This document shows positions 36,676-45,540 of a DNA stretch of 64,000 nucleotides, piece by piece. Below the pieces are notes generated by a model. It worked only from the letters and a program-made list of their open reading frames with translations, was not told the origin of the DNA and ran no database searches. Location of the stretch: sequence record OK905446.1. The stretch is one strand, 5' to 3'. The translations under genes were made by a program, and so were the position numbers. Within the stretch, counting starts at the first letter, position 1. Each line of letters opens with the position of its first letter.

Positions 36676-36861
36676 TTAATTACTCCACACGGGAGTACAT
36701 TGCATTAACTGACCGTCAATCTCGTATTGAACGGCTTGCGGTTCAGTCGTATATGTTGTAGTTTGACCGACGCCCAATGCACCTGCACCAATCGTCGCTA
36801 GTATACCCAAAATGACAATCACGACTATCAATTCGATTAGAGTAAATCCTTTAGATTTCAT
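36676..36861 (-). CDS. Type IV prepilin-like mini-protein
   Basis: MKSKG|FTLIELIVVIVILGILA: basic leader, G|F cleavage site, E+5, hydrophobic helix. Confidence 0.85.
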   Translation of the reverse strand: MKSKGFTLIELIVVIVILGILATIGAGALGVGQTTTYTTEPQAVQYEIDGQLMQCTPVWSN

Positions 36862-36898
36862 AATATTACACTCACAAGTTTGATTGTTAAACAGTTAT

Positions 36899-37129
36899 TT
36901 ACGGCAATTTGCTAGTTTTTCGAACTGCTTTGACTGCTTCAGGCAGTTGCAATTCAAAGTGCTCTGCTTGAGACACGTAAAGAACGCGCTCTGCGATTAG
37001 CTCACCTTTGTCATAAACAGTAGTGATGAACTCAGGACCCGAATTGCTGTTCTTGACGACGACGCCAGGGCGCGTCATCAATTCTTCAAAGCGAGTAGCA
37101 GTAGTCAATTTCAAATTCAAGTTATCCAT
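36899..37129 (-). CDS. Hypothetical protein
   Basis: ORF track. Confidence 0.65.
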   Translation of the reverse strand: MDNLNLKLTTATRFEELMTRPGVVVKNSNSGPEFITTVYDKGELIAERVLYVSQAEHFELQLPEAVKAVRKTSKLP

Positions 37130-37565
37130 GATGCGAATGAAACCCCTCTAGGTATTTTGCAAGTTCGTACGTTCTACCGTATTTGTAGAACATGTCTGAA
37201 TCAAATTCACGACGTTTAAGACCTTCACCAATCTTACGAAGTTCACGCCATTCTTTCATTTCGGCTTGAACTTTCATTAACTTCTCGTCGCCAATGAATG
37301 CTACACCCGTTAGAGAGTGATGTAAACCTTCTTCTTGAAAAAATGTAATATCTTCGACTACATTCATTTCGCGAATAGTCATTTCGATTTCTTCAAGATG
37401 GTCATGACCAGAAGCTGAAAGTATAACGATAGTTTCATGTTCATTCAACCATTTATTGAAAATCGGCTTGTCGGCTTTACGTGCCAGACGTAGTAGTGCA
37501 TGAGCACCTTGAATACCGGCTTGAATGCCTTTACAGTAACGATTCACGAAGATATACGCTTTCAA
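37122..37565 (-). CDS. Peptidyl-tRNA hydrolase 2 (Pth2)-like protein
   Basis: YIFVN..CKGIQAGIQGAHA...W...ETIVIL...FQEEGL..SLTGVAFI. Confidence 0.65.
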   Translation of the reverse strand: MKAYIFVNRYCKGIQAGIQGAHALLRLARKADKPIFNKWLNEHETIVILSASGHDHLEEIEMTIREMNVVEDITFFQEEGLHHSLTGVAFIGDEKLMKVQAEMKEWRELRKIGEGLKRREFDSDMFYKYGRTYELAKYLEGFHSHHG

Positions 37566-37567
37566 AT

Positions 37568-37807
37568 TTATTCCTCACAATACATGAAGCCATGCGCGTT
37601 TCGAATAATCTCACCCACGGCTATTCCATTAATCATGTCAATGTTCACAGTATTAACTTGAATGTCATTACCTGCTTCATCAACAAGGCGTAGAAAATCA
37701 CCACGTGCCCACAGACACGGCGATATTTCAATTAACTGACCAAAGAAGTCTTCTTGGTCAAGTTTTTCAGTGATTTCAATAAAATCACCCAATCTAATCT
37801 GAATCAT
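37568..37807 (-). CDS. Hypothetical protein
   Basis: ORF track. Confidence 0.65.
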   Translation of the reverse strand: MIQIRLGDFIEITEKLDQEDFFGQLIEISPCLWARGDFLRLVDEAGNDIQVNTVNIDMINGIAVGEIIRNAHGFMYCEE

Positions 37808-38189
37808 TACGCTTTTTGCCTATATCAATCAGAAAAAACTTATCCACAGGCGGATCGTTTTCAAGTCGATAAATTGTCGTTACCAATATCGCACTCTGAC
37901 CGCGTTCCATGATCATGATAATATCATGACGACGAATTGCTAAGTCTTTGTCGATGTCACTATAGAACCAAAATAGCACTTCAGCTAAATGCTTATTCAC
38001 GGTATGATACATGATCTTGCGAATCGTTGTGTGCTCACACGATGCAAATCTATCATAGATTCTATGCGCGAAGTGCTTCTTCATGACAAAATCAACTGTT
38101 CCGACTAATCCGCGCTGTTTTTCGATTGAATAATTGTTGAATTCAAACGAAAAACGCTTCCATTTGTACATAAACGGTTGAAATTTCAT
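37794..38189 (-). CDS. Hypothetical protein
   Basis: ORF track. Confidence 0.7.
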   Translation of the reverse strand: MKFQPFMYKWKRFSFEFNNYSIEKQRGLVGTVDFVMKKHFAHRIYDRFASCEHTTIRKIMYHTVNKHLAEVLFWFYSDIDKDLAIRRHDIIMIMERGQSAILVTTIYRLENDPPVDKFFLIDIGKKRNDSD

Positions 38190-38191
38190 AG

Positions 38192-38461
38192 CTATTCACC
38201 GAGTAAGAATTCGATAAGCTCGTCGAATGTTTTATCACCACTGATCATTTCGAAATCAGCAACACCCATATTGTGCATCAATACAAATTCAGTTGCAATC
38301 TTTTGGTGACGGTCTTCGTCATTCATCAAGTCTTCGAGTTCAATATCGAAGAATTCATTAACCATCGGCTCTAGTGCCACTGCACGCGCTGAAACTGCTA
38401 CGACGCACTCAGCGATTGTCAAGTGATAAGGTTGACCTTCATATTTGATTAAGCGACTCAT
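38192..38461 (-). CDS. Hypothetical early protein (start MSRLIK)
   Basis: ATG follows the leader AAAAGAGAACATTAT and a cruciform promoter. Confidence 0.7.
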   Translation of the reverse strand: MSRLIKYEGQPYHLTIAECVVAVSARAVALEPMVNEFFDIELEDLMNDEDRHQKIATEFVLMHNMGVADFEMISGDKTFDELIEFLLGE

Positions 38462-38476
38462 ATAATGTTCTCTTTT

Positions 38477-38521
38477 CGTTGTCGATGTGAGTATATTACA
38501 CAAGTCACATCGACAACGCAA
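38477..38521 (-). promoter_or_regulatory. Promoter TTGCGT-17-TAATAT with the -10 in the loop of a 14-bp perfect inverted repeat
   Basis: Arms CGTTGTCGATGTGA (38477-38490) and TCACATCGACAACG (38505-38518). Confidence 0.75.
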
Positions 38522-38528
38522 CCACTTT

Positions 38529-38690
38529 TTACATATTTTCTGTAATTCGGAAAATATTAATCAGTGGGTATTTCAAAACCACACCGTCGTTCATCATCAA
38601 ACAGTAAAGACCGTCTTTGGTGTATGCGTTCTTTACATTGTCATGAACAACTGGCTTGGCTTGAGAAAGCAAATGTACTGCTATCATCAT
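38529..38690 (-). CDS. Small hypothetical protein (53 aa, below ORF-track cutoff)
   Basis: ATG overlaps the dexA stop; MMIAVHLLSQAKPVVHDNVKNAYTKDGLYCLMMNDG... Confidence 0.6.
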   Translation of the reverse strand: MMIAVHLLSQAKPVVHDNVKNAYTKDGLYCLMMNDGVVLKYPLINIFRITENM

Positions 38691-39376
38691 AGACCAAGTT
38701 CCTCTTTCTCTTCGTCAGTAAAATCAACCGAAACTTCATGGCATTCAATTTTCGCGGGTAGATCTTCCAAATCAAGTGCGTAGCGTGCAGCCATGATCAG
38801 CATCATTGCATCTTTCGCACAGTCGTGAACGCCATTGTGGTGAATAAACCCTGGCATTGCATCACGACGAACTGGCACTTTACACATATCACGCTGAAGC
38901 ATTAGAGCTTCGATACGAGTACGAACGTCGCGGAATTTCCAGAATCGCTCGATAATCGCATGACGCAATCCACTGTAACGGAAACAGTCAGCCATTAGCG
39001 GAATATCGTAGTTATTACCACGACAGTAGAAGTGCGAACGACCATCGTATCGCGTATTCTGCTCGATCCACTCAATGAACAGCTTGTGACCTTCTTCAAC
39101 AGAAACGTCTTCAGCAGAAGGGATTAGAATCTCTTTTGCTTCGGCTGACTGCTCAGACCACCACTTTACAGTAGCTTTGTTGATGCTACGCTTGCCTTTT
39201 TGAGTCTTGACTTCAAACTTACAGCGAAACGAGTTCTTCACTAGCTCTTGATAGTCAGGCACTTTGGTGAAATCGTGTTCGAATTCAACTGCACCAAGCT
39301 CGATAACCGCTGCGTCGGGAGTTACGTCGAATCCCTCATAGTCGATCAGAATGTCGTAAACTGGCTTGTCACTCAT
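38687..39376 (-). CDS. dexA: Exonuclease A (DEDDh)
   Basis: LIDYEGF, YCRGNNYDIP, RDVRT, HNGVHDCAKD. Confidence 0.93.
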   Translation of the reverse strand: MSDKPVYDILIDYEGFDVTPDAAVIELGAVEFEHDFTKVPDYQELVKNSFRCKFEVKTQKGKRSINKATVKWWSEQSAEAKEILIPSAEDVSVEEGHKLFIEWIEQNTRYDGRSHFYCRGNNYDIPLMADCFRYSGLRHAIIERFWKFRDVRTRIEALMLQRDMCKVPVRRDAMPGFIHHNGVHDCAKDAMMLIMAARYALDLEDLPAKIECHEVSVDFTDEEKEELGL

Positions 39377-39635
39377 GGTATGTTACTCTCTTTAAAGTTA
39401 GTAATCGGTGTAGCAAGTCAAGCTTGCTTTCGATTTTTCGTTGCTGATCTTGAATCTGACCAAGAGTCGCTTTGCGACTATCGTTCATCTTCTGCTTTTG
39501 TTCTTGGTCGCCTGCAATATCAAGACGAAGCGCGGCTTCAATGCGCTCGTCAAACAATACAGAACGGGTTTCACGACGACGCTTGCTTCGTTCAAGCGCC
39601 GTATGGTCGTTTAAAAGATCATCTTCATATGACAT
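39369..39635 (-). CDS. Hypothetical coiled-coil protein
   Basis: ORF track. Confidence 0.65.
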   Translation of the reverse strand: MSYEDDLLNDHTALERSKRRRETRSVLFDERIEAALRLDIAGDQEQKQKMNDSRKATLGQIQDQQRKIESKLDLLHRLLTLKRVTYHE

Positions 39636-40147
39636 TATTTCACCCCGCTACCGCCAAATCCACGCGCTGAACGGTCTGTTTCTTCTTCGAAGTCTTCAAC
39701 TTCTTCGAATGTCACACCCTTCACGTAAGTTTGGAAGATAAGTTGACAGAAACGATCACCACGCTCAATAACAACAGACTCTTCGCCTTCATTACGAAGC
39801 TTAACCATGATCTCGCCTTGATAGTTCGCATCAATGATGCCGACTGTATTAGCAAGACGAACGAAGTATTTGAAGCCCATGCCAGAACGAGGTGCAACCA
39901 TACCGTAAACACCAAGGTCAGTGTATAGCTTATGAATTGGATGTGAGCCGATGTGAATCTTAACGCCAGTCGGGATTACTTTCGTCTGACCGGGACCCAA
40001 TCGTAGCGTCTCAGTGATAGCAGCACGTAGATCAATACCTGCGTCATCTGGGTCTTTAACAGCAAGTGGCTCGATTGCTTCAAGGCCAAGTTCTTCGTTT
40101 TCTTTGTAATGCGGTAGGTAAATAATCTTCATTAAATCTTTTTCCAT
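39635..40147 (-). CDS. dut: Trimeric dUTPase
   Basis: AGIDL, PRSG, GIIDANYQGE, AQL-like CQL, RGFGGSG. Confidence 0.96.
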   Translation of the reverse strand: MEKDLMKIIYLPHYKENEELGLEAIEPLAVKDPDDAGIDLRAAITETLRLGPGQTKVIPTGVKIHIGSHPIHKLYTDLGVYGMVAPRSGMGFKYFVRLANTVGIIDANYQGEIMVKLRNEGEESVVIERGDRFCQLIFQTYVKGVTFEEVEDFEEETDRSARGFGGSGVK

Positions 40148-41190
40148 CTGTTAAGTCTATTAGTTGCCATTAGACCACTAACGGCATTTTCATAAATGTA
40201 TTGCTGAATGAACTCAGCAGACACACCAGCTTTTACAAAGTCATTGATGTCTTTCTTGCCAATGATTTGTGGTGGGAGCTTATCCCAAATAACAACACGT
40301 TCACCCGCTCTTATTAGAACTTGAAGACGTTTAATCACGTCGGGATGTCGTGGTTCATTATCAAGTGCCCAAATGCGATTGCCAGCATAAGGTGCATTGT
40401 TCGGACTAACTTGTCCGCCTACTATAGCACAGCAATTGTATAGGAATAAACTATCAATCGGCCCTTCAACAAAAATAACAGGGTCATCTTCATTGATTCG
40501 CTCAGTACCATAGATTTTGTTAAAATCATCGTCGATTTTGATGGTCATATATCGTTGAGCATGTTTGTTTGTCAACGCACGACCTTGAACTGCAACCAAC
40601 CCGTCTTTGTTGTAAATCGGAATTACAAGACGTGGGTGGTCATTCTTGATCTCGCCTTCGTATAAGTCAGGGCGTAGAGTTTTCGCCATTGTTGTCCAAC
40701 CGCGAGTAAACCCAAGTAAATGCCACTTGTCTTTCGGGATTTTACGAGACTCAAGATATTTGTGCATCACGTGACCTTCTTTCAGTGCAGTGATGTTGTA
40801 AAAAAGCTGTTCTTCTTGTTCTTTCTCGATTACCGTCGCTTCTTGCTTTTCTTCGACGGGTTCTGGCTCTCGCTCTTTGCGTTCGCGTGAGTTGCGTTCT
40901 TTGAATAGATCAACTCGATATTGAGAAAATAGGGATGGCTCGTGGTCTTTCAAAAAAGTGTACAGCGATTCGTTGTAGTCGCAGTTCCAACACGAACAGC
41001 GTAAATGAACCTCACCAGTTTTAGTCTTAACTTCATTAATCCAAAAACGTGTCTTGTACTTGTTCTTTTTCGAGTCACCGCAAATCGGGCAACGAGCGTT
41101 TATTTTGAAAGGTCGATTGCTATGCACTTTCGGCAATAACAAACGATGCTGAAGCATTTTTGCGTATTGTATATCAATCAAAATTTGCAT
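40132..41190 (-). CDS. 61: DNA primase
   Basis: Zn finger CPICGD...CWNC, QGRAL, VEGPIDSLF, KDIND. Confidence 0.97.
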   Translation of the reverse strand: MQILIDIQYAKMLQHRLLLPKVHSNRPFKINARCPICGDSKKNKYKTRFWINEVKTKTGEVHLRCSCWNCDYNESLYTFLKDHEPSLFSQYRVDLFKERNSRERKEREPEPVEEKQEATVIEKEQEEQLFYNITALKEGHVMHKYLESRKIPKDKWHLLGFTRGWTTMAKTLRPDLYEGEIKNDHPRLVIPIYNKDGLVAVQGRALTNKHAQRYMTIKIDDDFNKIYGTERINEDDPVIFVEGPIDSLFLYNCCAIVGGQVSPNNAPYAGNRIWALDNEPRHPDVIKRLQVLIRAGERVVIWDKLPPQIIGKKDINDFVKAGVSAEFIQQYIYENAVSGLMATNRLNRWKKI

Positions 41191-41200
41191 AATATAACCT

Positions 41201-41239
41201 CCGTGTAGTCATTATACACGGCATCACGATACGATAAAC
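41201..41239 (-). promoter_or_regulatory. Promoter GTTTAT-17-TATAAT for primase, -10 overlapping a hairpin
   Basis: -10 at 41211-41216, -35 at 41234-41239, arms CCGTGTA/TACACGG. Confidence 0.7.
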
Positions 41240-41269
41240 ATAAAAATGCCCCTAAATCGGGGCATTTTG

Positions 41270-41749
41270 TTAGTCAAAGTGCCTGAATTTCTTCAGTTTC
41301 TTTTTCTTTTTCTTCTTACCTAGAGTCTCAGGACCCAGATTTGTGACTGCACCAGTCGTTTCGCCTGAAGCGATTGATTCTGGCGAACCACTGCCGTCAC
41401 CTGCATCACCAGCCACCATAGACTCTTCAACGCGAATACACTCGTCGGCAAAGTCATCTGATAGACCGTATTCTTTTGCAAGCTCGATCAGTAGAAGATA
41501 AGAAGCACCATAATCTAGTGCAGTTCTACCACCCGGCAATGCATTAACCATACGCTTGATATTGCGCACAGTCACGTGAAACATCGTCCAGTTGCTTTTC
41601 TCTTGTGCTGTTTCTGGGTCGCGCAACTTCTTACCAGTTGCGTCGATAATGCCCATTCGATACGCTTCCCAACGTTCAAAACGTAGATGAAGCAAACGAG
41701 ATAGACGAAGAGCATAAAACCCGTCAGCACCGCGTTTAGCTATGCTCAT
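41270..41749 (-). CDS. 61.1: gp61.1-like conserved protein
   Basis: WEAYRMGIIDATGKKL, FHVTVRNIKR, EESMVAGD..G..ESIASGETTGAVTN. Confidence 0.8.
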   Translation of the reverse strand: MSIAKRGADGFYALRLSRLLHLRFERWEAYRMGIIDATGKKLRDPETAQEKSNWTMFHVTVRNIKRMVNALPGGRTALDYGASYLLLIELAKEYGLSDDFADECIRVEESMVAGDAGDGSGSPESIASGETTGAVTNLGPETLGKKKKKKKLKKFRHFD

Positions 41750-42573
41750 TATGCCCCCAATAGCTGCTCAATTTGACGGTCAAAGATCTTCTCAGCTTCA
41801 TTCATCGACAGTGGCACGCTTCTGAAGAATTCAGTTAGGTTGTCTTCGCGAATCAGATTTTCAATTGTGCTAGATGGGACTTTGTTCTTGACTTCGACGA
41901 TCTCAAAACGCGTACCACCAACACGTAGGAAATGGCGAGCAAGGCGACGATATTCAGCGACTTTCTCTGCTTCTACAAATGCAAATACGCGAGTAATGCC
42001 TTTCTGAATCATGTTTTCTACTTCAGCAAACATAACACCTTTCGGAGCAACGTCAACGTCAGAGAACGATTCAAATAGTTCAACACGCTCTTGCAATGAC
42101 AGAACTTTGTTTCGTGCTTCTGGTACATACACTTTACCGACTGCACCTACGTGCTCACACGCTTCTGAAAGAGTTTTAGTCAGTTCTTTGTGACCTACTG
42201 AAGGAATGCTTGAGTCAACGTCCATAATACATGCAGCGTCAATCGCACACTCATTAACTACGGTTTCATGTTCGAAGAATTCTTTCTCAGAAACAACGAA
42301 AAGACCTTCATCAAGTTTAGCCGCAATTGCTTCAGCTTCTTGTTGCTGTTTTTTCATTGCTGCTTCTTCTTTCGCAGCGTTGTTTTCTTTGTCGAACATC
42401 GTGATTTTACCACGAATCGCGTCACGAACACGAATGTCCATCATCGGAGTGATGTTAGCACCGAGTTCTTTTTTCTTTTGCGTATATAGTTTTTGAATCT
42501 CAACTACACCGTCTTTGGTAGTACATTGGTGAACCGACGCAATAAGTTCTTCCAATTTATCTTTGATAGCCAT
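41749..42573 (-). CDS. Degenerate cytidyltransferase-like (HUP fold) protein
   Basis: IPSVGHKEL, NKVLSLQERV, GITRVFAFV, SSTIENLIREDNLTEF echo the phage cytidyltransferase pattern, but the catalytic motifs are eroded. Confidence 0.5.
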   Translation of the reverse strand: MAIKDKLEELIASVHQCTTKDGVVEIQKLYTQKKKELGANITPMMDIRVRDAIRGKITMFDKENNAAKEEAAMKKQQQEAEAIAAKLDEGLFVVSEKEFFEHETVVNECAIDAACIMDVDSSIPSVGHKELTKTLSEACEHVGAVGKVYVPEARNKVLSLQERVELFESFSDVDVAPKGVMFAEVENMIQKGITRVFAFVEAEKVAEYRRLARHFLRVGGTRFEIVEVKNKVPSSTIENLIREDNLTEFFRSVPLSMNEAEKIFDRQIEQLLGA

Positions 42574-42576
42574 TAG

Positions 42577-43422
42577 CTACTCCTCGTAAACAATCGTATT
42601 TTTCGTAATTCTTGATTCGAATACAACTTCAACGCGAACACCATAAGGCAAAGCCTTAGAACGGCGACACGCATCATTTCTAATCATCATATACGGGTGG
42701 TATATTGTGTCTTTTACATCATTTGAATCTAAAAGCACCTCACCGTTAATATGTAAAGTACCGCGCTTGAATACAAAATCATCTAGAGTAAAGCTATTAA
42801 CAATGACCAGACCGTTACCGAGAATATCCGAGCCGAATACGACGTGATTAATCTCATCGTCGCGAAGTCGTCTCGCTATTGGCTGACTCAATCGTTTTAC
42901 CTTCCCGTCATCTGAGAAATCAGTCAAAGTAACGATACTCTTCGATACCATGCGATTTAACAGTTTACACGCTTCTGTGCCGTGAATAACGTCAGTACTC
43001 GCCCAACGCTCTGCATTTGATTTTTTTATTGAAATCGGGAAATCGCCGCTTATTGTCTTCAAGACCATATCGGCTTTCTTATTATTTTTCGTGTCATGAC
43101 CAGTCATTTCAATCGACTGGACACCTTTTATAAGACGCCCACCAATTTTAATCCGCTTACAGCCAGAATCAATGTGTTGCTTTACAATAGTATAGAAATT
43201 GCGTTCATTCTCGATGCCAGGATTAGATGTTGGTTTGACGTATACTCTGCATTTTTCCATCTGTATACAACCAATTGAACTGCCCGGGTCGCACTTTTTG
43301 TACATCCCATCGAGTTCTTTCGCGAGTTTCACAATAAGACTGAGACGATTTTCATCTGTGTAGATGACTATCTTTCGGCTATTGATGATCCTTGCGTCAT
43401 ATCTCAACAAAACATCTATCAT
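42577..43422 (-). CDS. Putative PD-(D/E)xK restriction-like endonuclease
   Basis: GIENE...KKADMVL...PISIKK (E...D...SxK). Confidence 0.6.
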   Translation of the reverse strand: MIDVLLRYDARIINSRKIVIYTDENRLSLIVKLAKELDGMYKKCDPGSSIGCIQMEKCRVYVKPTSNPGIENERNFYTIVKQHIDSGCKRIKIGGRLIKGVQSIEMTGHDTKNNKKADMVLKTISGDFPISIKKSNAERWASTDVIHGTEACKLLNRMVSKSIVTLTDFSDDGKVKRLSQPIARRLRDDEINHVVFGSDILGNGLVIVNSFTLDDFVFKRGTLHINGEVLLDSNDVKDTIYHPYMMIRNDACRRSKALPYGVRVEVVFESRITKNTIVYEE

Positions 43423-43455
43423 AGTGCATGAACACCATCTTTAATACCATACCAG

Positions 43456-43463
43456 TATTTAGA
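43456..43463 (-). promoter_or_regulatory. Putative late promoter TCTAAATA
   Basis: Same variant precedes gene 34. Confidence 0.55.
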
Positions 43464-43486
43464 TGTTCATGCAGATAGACTACGTG

Positions 43487-44017
43487 TTAGAAGTCGTAGC
43501 TGACCTCTTTAGACACGCGACGTTTGTCAAGCAATTGACGCAAATCGGTTAAACGAATCATCGGCTGACCAATGTTACGCTGTAGGTTATCACAGCAAAC
43601 GTTTACATAACGATAATCATCAATCGTTTCATAATGCACGTGACCGTGAATGCTGAAATGACCGCGCAACTCAGCAGGATGTAATGGAAAATGGCTTAGC
43701 CAACCCAGTTTCTTGAACTTCTCACACCCGCGAATCACGTCAAACGCACGCAAATAGCTTGTTACTGGTAGATCGTCGTGGTTTCCACCGTACTGAACTT
43801 TGCGACCCGGTAGACCCGCAAGAATACCAATTGCTTCTTCTGTGAATGCAGTATCACCAAGCATGATCACAGTGTCACGCTTCTTTACGTTCTGAACCCA
43901 GAAATCAACAATCCAATCTGTGTTCGCTTGAGTATCGGCAATACCTTCACGAAACTTACCAATGTTACGATGACCTAAATGCAGGTCACTAGTGATCCAA
44001 ACACAACTCACTTCCAA
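43487..44017 (-). CDS. Calcineurin-like metallophosphoesterase
   Basis: SDLHLGH, LGD, GNHD, SHFP, HGHVH. Confidence 0.9.
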   Translation of the reverse strand: MEVSCVWITSDLHLGHRNIGKFREGIADTQANTDWIVDFWVQNVKKRDTVIMLGDTAFTEEAIGILAGLPGRKVQYGGNHDDLPVTSYLRAFDVIRGCEKFKKLGWLSHFPLHPAELRGHFSIHGHVHYETIDDYRYVNVCCDNLQRNIGQPMIRLTDLRQLLDKRRVSKEVSYDF

Positions 44018-44456
44018 CTCTCCTATACATTATTTGATTGTCAGACCCACGCCACGCTTTCTGCGTTGCCTGATGTCTCTTGTACTTTCCATCAATGAAG
44101 ACATCAATATAATTCATTATCTCTAAATGATAAACATGAGATAACTTATAACCGCTCCACATCCATATGTCTTTTTCAGGGTAGCGTTCTTTTACTGCTT
44201 TGCAAATTCGCAATATTTCTTCGCGATTACTCGGGTACAACGGATCGCCACCCGTGAGACTCAAACCATCGTGCTGATCTAAGCTCGTCAGAACGTCTCT
44301 AAGCGTATCTTCGGTAAAATCAATACCATCGTTCGAGTCCCACGTCGATTCGTTATAGCAGCCCTTACAACGATGCTCACAACCCGAAACGAAGATGCTC
44401 AATCGAACACCCTCGCCGTTTGCAAAATCAAACTCGTTAATTTTTTGATACTTCAC
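43989..44456 (-). CDS. nrdG: Anaerobic RNR activase (radical SAM)
   Basis: CEHRCKGC, LTGGDP, RGSDNQ. Confidence 0.96.
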   Translation of the reverse strand: MKYQKINEFDFANGEGVRLSIFVSGCEHRCKGCYNESTWDSNDGIDFTEDTLRDVLTSLDQHDGLSLTGGDPLYPSNREEILRICKAVKERYPEKDIWMWSGYKLSHVYHLEIMNYIDVFIDGKYKRHQATQKAWRGSDNQIMYRRVGSELCLDH

Positions 44457-45006
44457 TCGGTGTACCTACAAAAACATCTTCGTTGATGCGACAAGATTCT
44501 TTAATCCCGTTTGTTGACACATGAGCAATTCGCTTACACGTCACATCAATTCGGTTAAATGTAAATGGAATGTCGTCTGCAATAACGATGATAAACTCGT
44601 CGTTACAGAATGCAACTTCAGCTTCAGATTGGTAAGGAGCATATTGACAGTTCATGTACACTTTGATCTTATCGCCTGCTTTGATTCGAACATATTCAAT
44701 CTTTTCTTCGAATGTTTCAGTATTGTACGATAACACACCGTCGTTATTAAACAATTCTTGACATGTTTCGACTTCTTCAAAGCGTGTGATATTACGCCCA
44801 CGAACGTGATCAATGATTTTCTTACCAGCGACGATGAATGTCTCTGAATTCATGTAATCATACAGAACACATTCGCCACTTTCATCTTGGAACACAAATC
44901 GAGATTCGGTGAAGAGTGTACCGTCAACGTACACTCGAACTTTTGCACCGATTTCTAACGCTTTAGGCGTGTGAATTGGTACTTTTCTCTCTCTAGGGAA
45001 ATACAT
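44437..45006 (-). CDS. Hypothetical protein with two SH3-like repeats
   Basis: IGAKVRVY / AGDKIKVY duplicated. Confidence 0.7.
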   Translation of the reverse strand: MYFPRERKVPIHTPKALEIGAKVRVYVDGTLFTESRFVFQDESGECVLYDYMNSETFIVAGKKIIDHVRGRNITRFEEVETCQELFNNDGVLSYNTETFEEKIEYVRIKAGDKIKVYMNCQYAPYQSEAEVAFCNDEFIIVIADDIPFTFNRIDVTCKRIAHVSTNGIKESCRINEDVFVGTPSEVSKN

Positions 45007-45043
45007 TAGAATGCCTCATTTAGTTTTGATACGTGACCTTGAA

Positions 45044-45424
45044 CTAGCGTCCAACAGCCGCCCGAACCCAACGACCTGTCAACTGTTTGCGGTAATATTT
45101 GCTACCCGTTGTAGTCGTGATCATTTTCATTGTTTTTGAAATCTTAGCGATCTCACCGTCGGGACGACTGTCACCATTGAAAGCATAGCTAACTTCATCA
45201 CCTACGCGTGGCTTTTTGATGATGTCAAAGCGAGGTGAACAACCCGCACCAGAATCAGTTACCATGTAAAGCTCTTGATCAAGCATGTTACACACTTCAG
45301 TTGCACGCTCTAGCGTAGACCAATCCCAACGAGATTGCACGTTGTGACCGTCTTTTACGCGCCATTCTTCAGCTACTGAAAACTCGTCTGTGGTGCTGCA
45401 TGTAGTTAAGTTGATGTATAGCAT
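45044..45424 (-). CDS. Hypothetical early protein
   Basis: Follows a cassette variant at 45422-45497. Confidence 0.75.
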   Translation of the reverse strand: MLYINLTTCSTTDEFSVAEEWRVKDGHNVQSRWDWSTLERATEVCNMLDQELYMVTDSGAGCSPRFDIIKKPRVGDEVSYAFNGDSRPDGEIAKISKTMKMITTTTGSKYYRKQLTGRWVRAAVGR

Positions 45425-45497
45425 AATTTTCTCTCTTAGTTAGTCGATGTCGTCTCGATGAAGTTAATATTACGCTCTTCGATTTTCGTTTGCAACC
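45422..45497 (-). promoter_or_regulatory. Early-promoter cassette variant (TTGCAA...TAATAT/TATTAA plus conserved leader)
   Basis: Leader CATCGAGACGACATCGACTAACTAAGAGAGAA. Confidence 0.7.
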
Positions 45498-45540
45498 TTT
45501 ATTTTCTATAAAAACAAAAAAAGCGCCCGAAGGCGCTTTC

